NCBI GenBank assembly: GCA_002269645.1
Contig: NIVC01002974.1
Span: 62,001 to 126,000 of the forward strand
Direction: 5' to 3'
Source: Macrostomum lignano
Taxonomy: Eukaryota
Length of the DNA stretch: 64,000 bases
This document shows, one piece after another, positions 50,085 through 61,200 of this stretch (the first letter of the stretch is position 1; each line of letters opens with the position of its first letter). The position numbers and the translations under genes are program-made. The notes beneath the pieces were generated by a model that worked only from the letters and a program-made list of their open reading frames with translations, had not been told where the DNA came from and searched no databases.

Positions 50085-51205
50085 TTGTGTCTGCCTGTCC
50101 CAGGGTCTGTCTGTCCCAGTGTCTGCCTGTCCCAGTGTCTGCCTGTCCCAGTGTCTGCCTGTCCCAGTGTTTGCCTGTCCCAGTGTCTGCCTTTCCCTAC
50201 CTGTCCCAGTGTCTGTCTGTCCCAGTGTCTGCCAGTCCCAGTGTCTGCCTGTCCCAGTGTCTGCCAGTCCCAGTGTCTGCCTGTCCCAGTCTCTGCCTGT
50301 CCCTGCCTGTCCCAGTGTCTGCCTGTCCCAGGGTCTGTCTGTCCCAGTGTCTGCCTGTCCCAGTCTCTGCCTGTCCCTGCCTGTCCCAGTGTCTGCCTGT
50401 CCCAGGGTCTGTCTGTCCCAGTGTCTGCCTGTCCCTGCCTGTCCCAGTATCTGTCTGTCCCAGTGTCTGCCAGTCCCAGTGTCTGCCAGTCCCAGTGTCT
50501 GCCAGTCCCAGTGTCTGCCAGTCCCAGTGTCTGCCTGTCCCAGTGTCTGCCAGTCCCAGTGTCTGCCTGTCCCAGTCTCTGCCTGGCCCTGCCTGTCCCT
50601 GCCTGTCCCAGTGTCTGCCTGTCCCAGGGTCTGTCTGTCCCAGTGTCTGCCTGTCCCTGCCTGTCCAAGTGTCTGTCTGTCCTAGTGTCTGTCTGTCTTA
50701 GTGTCTGCCTGTCCCAGTCTCTGCCTGTCCTAGTGTCTGCCTGTCCCAGGGTCTGTCTGTCCCAGTGTCTGCCTGTCCCAGTGTCTGCCTGTCCCAGTCT
50801 CTGCCAGTCCCAATGTCTGCCAGTCCCAGTGTCTGCCTGTCCCAGTGTCTTTCTGTCCCAGTGTCTGCCTGTCCCAGTGTCTGCCTGTCCCTGCCTGTCC
50901 CAGTGTCTGCCTGTCCCTGCCTGTCCCAGTGTCTGCCTGTCCCAGTGTCTGCCTGTCCCAGTGTCTGCCTGTCCCAGTGTCTGTCTGTCCCAGTGTCTGC
51001 CTGTCCCAGTGTCTGCCTGTCCCTGCCTGTCCCAGTGTCTGCCTGTCCCTGCCTGTCCCATTGTTTGCCTGTCCCAGTGTCTGTCTGTCCCAGTGTCTGC
51101 CTGTCCCAGTGTCTGCCTGTCCCAGTGTCTGCCTGTCCCAGTGTCTGCCTGTCCCAGTGTCTGCCTGTCCCTGCCTGTCCCAGTGTCTGCCTGTCTGTCT
51201 TTCGG
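50085..51205. repeat. 16-bp minisatellite (copy B)
   Basis: Same unit as 31560-32605. Confidence 0.97.
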
Positions 51206-51591
51206 TCTGTCAGTCAGTGAGGCGGTTTATCCATATCTTATGTTTTCACTCTTAAAATCTCTTCTCGTCTCAATGAAGATAAAGGTTAGGAGTTGTAAAT
51301 CAGGTGAACAATTAAGGTCATATAACCATTCGAAATCAGCAATAAGAATCGCACACCATAAAAAATGATTAGAAAATTTCAGCAGAAAATGGTTGAACCT
51401 AAGAATAAAGCAGAATTCCGCATACCAGTTGGCCTGAAGATTCGCATTTATCATGCCAGTGAATCGTGATGAACTGCATGCAATTCTATTAGTACTCATA
51501 GAGCTAGCAGAAACGCGATGATACCTGCAGTGATTTGCCTAATTCAGCTAAATATTGCAGTTGTCAGAAAGTTTCTGTTTCAATCATCTCG

Positions 51592-52337
51592 TCACTTCTG
51601 CTCGTCCCCCAGCCACCGCCTGAAGGCAGCCACCTGCTGGCGAACGGACTCCAGGGCGGTGCCGCCGAAGGCGCCGTACTGCTCAACGCTCGTCTCAAAG
51701 TCCCACAGCTGGGTGACGTCTTCGCCGAATTTCTCGCTGCGGGATGATTGGGGACAGTCAGTCAGTCAGTCAGTCAGTCAGTCAGTCAGTCAGTCAGTCA
51801 GTCAGTCAGTCAGTCAGTCAGTCAGTCAGTCAGTCAGTCAGTCAGTCAGTCAGTCAGTCAGTCAGTCAGTCAGTCAGTCAGTCAGTCAGTCAGTCAGTCA
51901 GTCAGTCAGTCAGTCAGTCAGTCAGTCAGTCAGTCAGTCAGTCAGCTGCTCACCTGACAGTCCGGAAGTCCTCAAAGGTCAGCTGGTGCAGCTGACACGC
52001 CTTGGCTTCGGCCAGCGCCACGCAACGCCCGGAGGCGGCGTGGGCCTCCCTGAACGGCACCCCGCGGCGCACCAAATAGTAGGCCAGGTCGGTGGCCAAC
52101 ATGTCGCAGCTGAGGGCGCCGGCGCAGGCCTCTGGGTGCACCGTCAGGGTGGCCACCACGCCGTCGGCGATTCGAACCACGGCTGACACGGTGTCAGCTG
52201 AGTCGAACAAGCCCTCCTTGTCCTCCTGCAGGTCCTTGTTGAAGGCGCTGGGCAAGGACTTCTGCACCATGAGCAGGGACACCAGGTGGCCGCACAGCCG
52301 TCCGGTTTTGCCGCGGATGAGCTCCAGACTGTCCGCG

Positions 52338-52369
<32 letters not shown>

Positions 52370-54495
52370 GCTGTACGCGTCCGACAGCGTGACGAAGCCG
52401 AACTCCTTGCTGCAGAAGAGGATCAGGTCCTCGGCGAGGCGGCTCAGGTGGTTGCCAATCATGGCGGCCGCGAACTGGAACTCCGAGGCGAAGTCGCGGT
52501 CCGCCACGGCGTCCAGACTGTTCCAGGTGACCCCAGAGGTGAAGCCGAGGGCGTCTGGGGTTTTTGAATGGGGCTGGTTAATACCTGTTAAAGATTCTAA
52601 GAATACCTGTAGACCATTCTAAGAATACCTGTTGACAAGTCTGAGAATACCTGTTCACGATTCTAAGAATACCTGCTCACGATTCTAAGAATACCTGTTG
52701 ACGATTCTAAGAATACCAAACCCTAATGCCGCACACCCCAATTCCTAACACCCAATACCCCACACCCCAATACCCCACACCCTAATTCTCCACACCCAAA
52801 TACCCCAACACCCCAATTCCCAACATCCAATACTCCACAACCCTATTCCTCACACCCAAATACCTCACATCGCAATTCCCAACATCCAATACTCCACACC
52901 CCTATTCCTCACAACCTTATTCCCCACACCCAAATTCCTAACACCCAATACCCCACACCCCAATTCCTAACACCCAAATACCCCACACTCCAATACCCCA
53001 CACACCAATTCTCCACACCCCAACTCCCCACACCGAATTCCCACACCCCAACTCCCACACCCCAATTCTCCACACCCCAATACCCACACCCCAATTCTCC
53101 ACACCCCAATTCCCAACATCCAATTCTCCACATCCCAATTCTCCACACCCCAATTCTCCACATCTCAATTCTCCACACCCCAATTCTCCACATCCCAATT
53201 CTCCACACCCCAATTCTCCACACCCCAATTCTCCACACCCCAATTCTCCACATCCCAATTCTCCACAACCCAATTCTCCACACCCCAATTCTCCACACCC
53301 CAATTCTCCACACCCCAATACCCCACACCCCAATACCCCACACCCGAATTCCCAACACTCAATTCCCAACACCCAATTCCCCACACCCCGATTCCCCACA
53401 CCCAATTCCCAACACCCAATTCCCAACACCACGATTCCCCACACCCAATACCCCATCCCTCGCCCTACCGGCCAACGCCTGCCTGTCCACCCCGAAGGGG
53501 TTGCCGGCCAGGGCGCCGCTGCCCAGCGGGCACACGGCGGTGCGGGCCCGGCAGTCGGCCAGTCTCTGGCAGTCCCTGCGCAGCATGGAGGCGTAGCTGA
53601 GCAGCCAATGGGACCAGCGCACCGGCTGGGCCCGCTGCAGGTGGGTGTAGCCCGGCATGAGCACGCCGGTCTCCGACTCCGCCCGGCTCACCAGGGTGTT
53701 GATGAGGCGGCGCAGCTGGGGCAGCAGCTCGTCCGATAAGTAGTCCATGAGCCACAGGCGGATATCCGTGGCTACCTGAGCTCGGAGGTTTTTGGGTGAG
53801 ACTGGTTGTGACATGAGGGGTCAGTCCCCCCTAAGCTATATGGATAATGAGGGGTCAGTCCCACCTAAGCTACCTGGATAATGAGGGGTCAGTCCCCCCT
53901 AAGCTACCTGGATAATGAGGGGTCAGTCCCCAAGCTACCTGGATAATGAGGAGTCAGTCCCCCTAAGCTACATGAATAATGAGGGGTCAGTCCCCAAGCT
54001 ACATGGGTAATGAGGGGTCAGTCCCCAAGCTACATGGGTAATGAGGGGTCAGTCCCCAAGCTATATGGATAATGAGGGGTCAGTCCCCAAGCTACCTGCA
54101 CATCAAGAGCGCCAGCTCAGGCTGAGGTGCCGCACCCCTCTCCCCAGCCCCACCTGGTCATTCCTGCTCCGCCCGGTGTGCAGCTTGGCGGCCGGGGCGC
54201 CCACCAGCTCCTTGAGGCGGCGCTCATTGGCGGTGTGGATGTCCTCGTCAGACGGCGCCGGAACGAAGCTGCCGGACTGCCATTCAGCGGCCACCAGGTC
54301 TAGGCCGCGGTGCAGCTCAGAGGCCTCCGCCTCGGTCAGGAGGCCCGCGCCAACCAGCGCCGTGGCGTAGGCGCGGCTTCCTCGCAGGTCCTGGCGCCAC
54401 ATCCGCTTGTCGAAGGACAGGGAATCGTTGAACGCCTGCATGAGCGGGTCCAGGCCGCCTGTGAACCGGCCGCCCCACAGCTTGGACTCGGACAC
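51592..54495 (-). CDS. ASL: Argininosuccinate lyase, copy B (apparently intact; start exon not certain)
   Basis: Exons 54495-54154, 53775-53469, 52554-51954, 51736-51592 total 1395 nt, phases consistent (464 aa + stop). [49 protein letters not shown]. Confidence 0.95.
51757..51945. repeat. (GTCA)n in ASL-B last intron
   Basis: Tetranucleotide run, longer than in copy A. Confidence 0.97.
52580..53455. repeat. Intronic 22-bp and ~15-bp C-rich satellites (copy B)
   Basis: Same units as 33880-35235, shorter. Confidence 0.93.
53812..54097. repeat. 34-bp minisatellite (copy B, ~9 units)
   Basis: Same unit as 35487-36457. Confidence 0.95.
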
Positions 54496-54512
54496 CTGCG
54501 AGGGTTCGGGAT

Positions 54513-54874
54513 TTTTTTTTTTAGAGGCAGGGGGTTGTGTGCACCCTGGCGCACTTTAAGCGACATAGCACACAACCGGCGAGAGGCATTACTGCCCATT
54601 CCGCCGACTCCCCTGAACAGGCATACAAGCGCGCGGATACGTACGCAGGCACACACTCACACAGGAGTGTACAGCGGCCCTAACTTTATATTATCGTTAG
54701 GCATGTACACTTCACTGTGCCTTGGGGGGTTGGCTCTCAAGGCCGTTAATTGCACGAGCAGAGCCAAGCCGAGATTCCAATTCCGCCCTAAATTAATGTG
54801 ACTGCACTTGGAATCGAGCCTGGGTCGCTGGCACACCAGAGCCTGCGCTAGACCGCTGGGCTACGGCCCCCCTT
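54513..54874 (-). mobile_element. tRNA-derived SINE (copy B)
   Basis: Same head and tail; TSD GAGGGTTCGGGAT at 54500-54512 and 54875-54887. Confidence 0.88.
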
Positions 54875-55308
54875 GAGGGTTCGGGATGGTACGAGCCGTA
54901 ATTATTGTTGTCAAAAACTTTACCGTGACAAGAATAGCTAGAGTCATTGAAAAAACTCTCTAGTGACTCTAGCGACTTCGAGGCAACTCTTGTGACTTTT
55001 AACGACTGTTAGGCGACTGTTGCGTCACAAGACTTGTAGAATCATATAAGAGCCGTCCAAGAATCTTTGTGTTAGCGCTTAACTTTCGCTAGAGATGCTA
55101 TTCTAATTCATCAAGCGACGCAATGCGCTTCAAACGCAACTCAGTGACTCTACAGCGACTCTGGCGTAGAGACGACTTTACGGCCCCAGAGTCGTTTCAG
55201 AGTCGCAGGCTATAAAGCGATTCTTGAGCAACTCTTTGACGACTTTTTGGCGTCTTGTATCGTGACATCACGTCGTTTTAAAGTCGTTTATAGTCATTTA
55301 TAGTCATT

Positions 55309-55509
55309 GTGAGCATCTTGGCCTGGATCCCTTTTTCATGGGGCTGTGAGCATCTTGGCCTGGATCCCTTTTTCATGGGGCTGTGAGCATCTTGGCCTGG
55401 ATCCCTTTTTCATGGGGCTGTGAGCATCTTGGCCTGGATCCCTTTTTCATGGGGCTGTGAGCATCTTGGCCTGGATCCCTTTTTCATGGGGCTGTGAGCA
55501 TCTTGGCCT
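55309..55509. repeat. 37-bp minisatellite (copy B, ~5 units)
   Basis: Same unit as 37757-38453. Confidence 0.95.
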
Positions 55510-55519
55510 AGCGCATCGT

Positions 55520-55670
55520 CCACAAAAGGCGCCAATACTGTACGCAGGCACTCACACACGCTCACACAGGATGTACAGAGGCCCTTAACTTTCCAACCGT
55601 CAGGCATGTACAGTCTCGGTGCTTTGGGCTGAGTCGCACAACCCCCAAAATGAATGTGACCGCGCAGAGT
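55520..55670 (-). mobile_element. Diverged fragment of the same SINE family
   Basis: ACGCAGGCAC...CACACAGGA.TGTACAG.GGCCC.TAACTTT...AGGCATGTACA resembles 37000-37070. Confidence 0.55.
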
Positions 55671-55994
55671 GCAGGTGGGCCCATCCTAGATGCGTACTAA
55701 CCACCACCAAGTCTGCTTAACTTGGATCGCTTACGGTGAATGCTCTGATTGCTGAAGCCTCACCTTACTTTCACCAGTTGCAGGTTTGCTTTCCGACATG
55801 CTTTTCAAGTTATTTGATTGGTTTATTAACTGTTACGGACAGGTAGCCAAATCATGAAGGAGATAATTGAAAATACCATTCGACATATTTACCCGGACTT
55901 CGAACTCAGGATTTACAGTCACTATCATTTCATAAAACTGATTCTATATACCACTAACCATACATAAAGCTTGAAGCTCATGTTAAACTGAGTT

Positions 55995-56762
55995 ATTTAC
56001 ATTTACCCTACCTGATGCTTCAGGCTAAACAATTTGAGCTCCTCATATTTACCCTACCTGAAGCTTCAGGCTAAACAATTTGAGCACCTCATATTTACCC
56101 TACCTGAAGATTCAGGCTAAACAATTTAAGCACCTCATATTTACCCAACCTGAAGCCTCAGGTTGAACAATGAGCTCCTCATATTTACCCAACCTGAAGC
56201 CTCAGGTTGAACAATGAGCTCCTCATATTTACCCAACCTGAAGCCTCAGGTTGAACAATGAGCTCCTCATATTTACCCAACCTGAAGCCTCAGGTTGAAC
56301 AATGAGTTCCTCATATTTACCCTACCTGAAGCTTCAGGTTGAACAATGAGCTCCTCATATTTACCCTACCTGAAGATTCAGGTTGAACAATGAGTTCCTC
56401 ATATTTACCCTACCTGAAGATTCAGGTTGAACAATGAGTTCCTCATATTTACCCAACCTGAAGATTCAGGCTAAACAATTTGAGCTCCTCATATTTACCC
56501 TACCTGAAGCTTCAGGCTAAACAATTTGAGCACCTCATATTTACCCTACCTGAAGATTCAGGCTAAACAATTTGAGCACCTCATATTTACCCTACCTGAA
56601 GATTCAGGCTAAACAATTTGAGCACCTCATATTTACCCTACCTGAAGATTCAGGCTAAACAATTTGAGCACCTCATATTTACCCTACCTGAAGATTCAGG
56701 CTAAACAATTTGAGCACCTCATATTTACCCTACCTGAAGCCTCAGGTTGAAAAATGAGCTCC
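55995..56762. repeat. 44-46 bp satellite with an internal palindrome (CCTGAAG[C/A]TTCAGG)
   Basis: About 17 tandem units in two subtypes. Confidence 0.94.
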
Positions 56763-57349
56763 TTATATCTAAACTACCTAACATCAATAAAAATGATCAC
56801 TCTGAAGCATTCAGCTCCACCAGAAAAGTACAGAAACTAAACAAAGTAACAATTTACTTTAACAAAACAACTTAACTTGGCTAAGTGATTCATATATTTA
56901 TTTGACTGGTTTCTGGTATGCATAAATTGATCTAGATAAAAGGCAGTAACGCATATCGAAATATCCACAGAATAGACATCCAAAATAAAGCAATAAATCA
57001 AGTGAAATCACAACAGATAAGGTTAACTAAGAAAAGTCACAGCTCAATATAACGCCAGAAAGAGCCAGCGAGAGTGACGCGCACAGGCCGGTGACTGTGG
57101 CGGTGACACGTGAAGGACAAAATTTTAATAAAAATACATTTGCAGGAATAAAGGATAAACATGGGGACTCTGTGTCGTGAGAATGTCTGTCGCACTACTC
57201 ATCTATGCATGCTTGAAGTACAACCTGAACTGTTGAATAAAAATAAGCCTTCTGCAACATTGATTGAGGTAATTTTATACGATGGACAAGCACGTCTCGA
57301 AACTGGATCAGCCACTTGCTTCATGGTGCATTTTCGGCATTAACATGTC

Positions 57350-58215
57350 CTTCCACCTGTCTGTCTATCTAGCTGACTGTCTGTAACTATCTGCCCGGTT
57401 GTCTGTCCACCTGTATGTCTGGGCACCTGTCTGTTCACCTGTCTATCCACCTGTCTATCTGTCTGTCCACCTGTCCTTCAACCTGTATATCTACCTGTCT
57501 GTCCACCTGTCTGTCCTCCTGTCTGTTCACCTGTTTATCCACCTGTCTATCCACCTGTCTTTCTGTCTGTCCACCTGCTTATCTACCTGTCTGTCCACCT
57601 GTCTGTTCACCTGTCTATCCAACTGTCTATCTACCTGTCTATCCAACTGTCTATCTACCTGTCTATCCAACTGTCTATCTACCTGTCTATCCAACTGTCT
57701 ATCTACCTGTCTATCCAACTGTCTATCTACCTGTCTATCCAACTGTCTATCTACCTGTCTATCCAACTGTCTATCTATCTGTTTATCCAACTGTCTATCT
57801 ACCTGTCTATCCAACTGTCTATCTACCTGTCTATCCAACTGTCTATCTACCTGTCTATCCAACTGTCTATCTACCTGTCTATCCAACTGTCTATCTACCT
57901 GTCTATCCAACTGTCTATCTACCTGTCTATCCAACTGTCTATCTACCTGTCTATCCAACTGTCTATCTACCTGTCTATCCAACTGTCTATCTACCTGTCT
58001 ATCCAACTGTCTATCTACCTGTCTATCCAACTGTCTATCTACCTGTCTATCCAACTGTCTATCTACCTGTCTATCTACGTGTCTATCCACCCTGTCTATC
58101 TATATGTCTGTTCACCTGTACTTCAACCTGTGTCTGCCAAACTGTTCTCCCACCTGTCTATTCACCTGTCTATCCACCTGTCTATCCACCTGTCTATCTA
58201 CCTGTCTGTCCACTG
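57350..58215. repeat. GATA-related 12/24-bp repeat (CTATCTACCTGTCTATCCAACTGT)
   Basis: Homogeneous core with degenerate flanks. Confidence 0.94.
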
Positions 58216-58229
58216 TTTCCCCGCCTGTC

Positions 58230-61200
58230 CCCAGACGGTCTTCACGGCAGCAGGGGTTGCCAGGCGGCGTGCCGCAGGCAGCGGTAGTAGAGGCCAGGCG
58301 GGGCGAACCACAGCACAGTGGCCGGGTCGGCAGGGTGGCCGCAGCCAGGACTCGGACAGGCCACGGCGCCGGAGCGGGCCTCGGACACGCAGCGGGTCAC
58401 GTGACGAGTCCAGCAGGCGGCGCAGTGCCAGTGCCGGCAGGCGGTCAGCGCCGTCACCCAGTCGGCGGGGTCGCTGAGCCACGGCCTGGGCGACCGCACC
58501 CGCAGCTGCCGCAGGCGGCCGACGTCTGGGAGCGCCGGAACTCTTCGACATCTCGCCGCTGACCGGCTAGCAGCGGCGGCAGGCGTCGGGGCGTCCGAGA
58601 TGTCCGCCCGCCGGCCGACTCAATGCTAATGACGTCACTGGCTGGGACAGGCGCACTGGAGTACAGCCAGCTGTACAGCGGAGGGCATGTCAAGGCGGAG
58701 ATTCGAACTCCGGACGACAGGTCAGATTCGCTGACTGTCGAATCGATGCTTTCGTCATCAACAATTGGCTGGTCTTGGCCGGGTGTGGACAGCCGGGCCA
58801 GCAGCGCTGGGAGGGAGCTGAGGAGTGGCGGCGAAAGCGGGATCTTGTCACGGTGGGGAGATCTAGTCACGGTGGGGAGATCTAGTCACGGTGGGGAGAT
58901 CTTGTCACGGTGGGGAGATCTAGTCACGGTGGGGAGATCTTGTCACGGTGGGGAGATCTAGTCACGGTGGGGAGATCTAGTCACGGTGGGGAGATCTAGT
59001 CTCGGTGGGGAGATCTAGTCACGGTGGGGAGATCTAGTCACGGTGGGAAATCTGGTGGGGAGATCTAGTCTCGGTGGGGAGATCTAGTCACGGTGGGAAA
59101 TCAAATCACAGCGAGGAGATCGAGTCTCGGTGGGAAATCTAATCACGGTGAGATCTAGTCACGGTGGAGAGATCTAGTCACGGTGGAGAGATCTAGTCTC
59201 GGTGGGGAGATCTAGTCACGGTGGGGAGATCTAGTCTCGGTGGGGAGATCTAGTCTCGGTGGGGAGATCTAGTCACGGTGGGAAATCTAATCACGGTGAG
59301 ATCTAGTCACGGTGGGGAGATCTAGTCACGGTTGGGAGATCTAGTCACGGTGGGAAATCTAATCACGGTGAGATCTAGTCACGGTGGGGAGATCTAGTCA
59401 CGGTTGGGAGATCTAGTCACGGTTGGGAGATCTAGTCACGGTGAGGAGATCTAGTCTGGGTGGAGAGATCCAGTCAGGGCCTGGAGATCTAACAGTCCAG
59501 ATCTAGTCACGGTGGGGAGATCTACCCACACCAGCAGGGATCCAGTCACAACTCACCCGAACGGGTCCTGACAGGCCAGCAGGCGGGTCAGGACGTGTCG
59601 CCGATCAGCCGGAGAGCCGCAGCCCAGCAGGTGCAGGCGAACTCGGGTCGAGCCAAACCGGACAGCCCTGGACGCAGACGGCAGCTTGCCACCAGCTGCT
59701 GGCAGCTCCTCCATCAGCAGGGTGGGGCCGGGCCACCGCCAGCTCGTTGCCATTGACGACGGCCAAGGACGCAGCCAGATCTTGGTCGGCCAGCTGTCAC
59801 TGCGCCTGCCGCCACCGCCAGCGCCAGCCTCCAGCAATCGATTCAGCAGCTCCCTCTGCACAGTCAGCACCGGTCTGAAGTCATCCTCTCGATCCTCTTC
59901 ATTATCCTCTTTGAGCTGAGGCTGCTCAAAGCTGCCATCGGCTCGGCTCGACCGCTGCGTGGGCGGCTCGCCTTCGCTGGGCGAGAATTCAGCGAATCCC
60001 AGCTCGTCGGAGGCGAATTTGGCGAGCAGCTCGGAAATGCCGGCAGCCTCCGCCAGGGTTGATGAGGCGCGTCGGCTGAGCCTGAGAATGCCAGGGATAA
60101 ATTCAAAACTGCCCAATTTTCTAAATGTACTTTTATACTACTCATTGCAAGTAGCTTCGGAGTTAATCGGGTTTGAGACTTAGCTCAGCATCATTCTCAA
60201 TCAATCCAGCTCAGCATCGTTCCCCATCAGTCCAGCTCAGCATCATTCTCAATCAATCCAGCATAGCATCATTCTCCATCAGTCCAGCTCAGCATCATTC
60301 CCCATCAGTCCAGTTCAGCATCATTCTTAATCAATCCAGCATAGCATCATTCTCCATCAGTCCAGCTCAGCATCGTTCCCCATCAGTCCAGCTCAGCATC
60401 ATTCTCAATCAATCCAGCATAGCATCATTCTCCATCAATCCAGCTCAGCATCGTTCCCCATCAGTCCAGCTCAGCATCATTCTTAATCAATCCAGCATAG
60501 CATCATTCTCCATCAGTCCAGCTCAGCATCATTCCCCATCAGTCCAGTTCAGCATCATTCCCTATCAGTCCAGCCCAGCACCATTCCCCATCAGTCCAGC
60601 TCAGCATCATTCTCAATCAATCCAGCATAGCATCATTCTCAATCAATCCAGCTCAGCATCGTTCCCCATCAGTCCAGCTCAGCATCATTCTCAATCAATC
60701 CAGCATAGCATCATTCTCCATCAGTCCAGCTCAGCATCATTCCCCATCAGTCCAGTTCAGCATCATTCCCTATCAGTCCAGCCCAGCACCATTCCCCATC
60801 AGTCCAGCTCAGCATTGATCATTCTTAATCAATCCAGCATAGCATCATTCTCCATCAGTCCAGCTCAGCATCATTCCCCATCAGTCCAGTTCAGCATCAT
60901 TCCCTATCAGTCCAGCCCAGCACCATTCCCCATCAGTCCAGCTCAGCATCATTCTCCATCAGTACAGCTCAGCCAACTCACCGCAAGCCTCCAGCATCTT
61001 GAGCAGTGCTCAGATCCAGCCGCCGCTGCCAGTTGTCCTCCAGCCAGTCGGCCAGTTCGTCTTCCGCTTCCCGTCTCGCCACCCGCCGCATCCGCTTGCG
61101 ACGATGGCGCTTTTGCTTTTGGCGACCTAGACTGCTTCTGTTGGCACAAGAAGCTGCAGAATCTGCAGCGTCTGCATCAACAGAAGCAGCAGCAGGCGAA

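Noticed and set aside
51592-54495. Horizontal transfer of bacterial argH
   Set aside because: Spliceosomal introns are present, including one after RSRNDQ that I recall matches human ASL (after Q116), and the sequence is close to the animal/fungal type.
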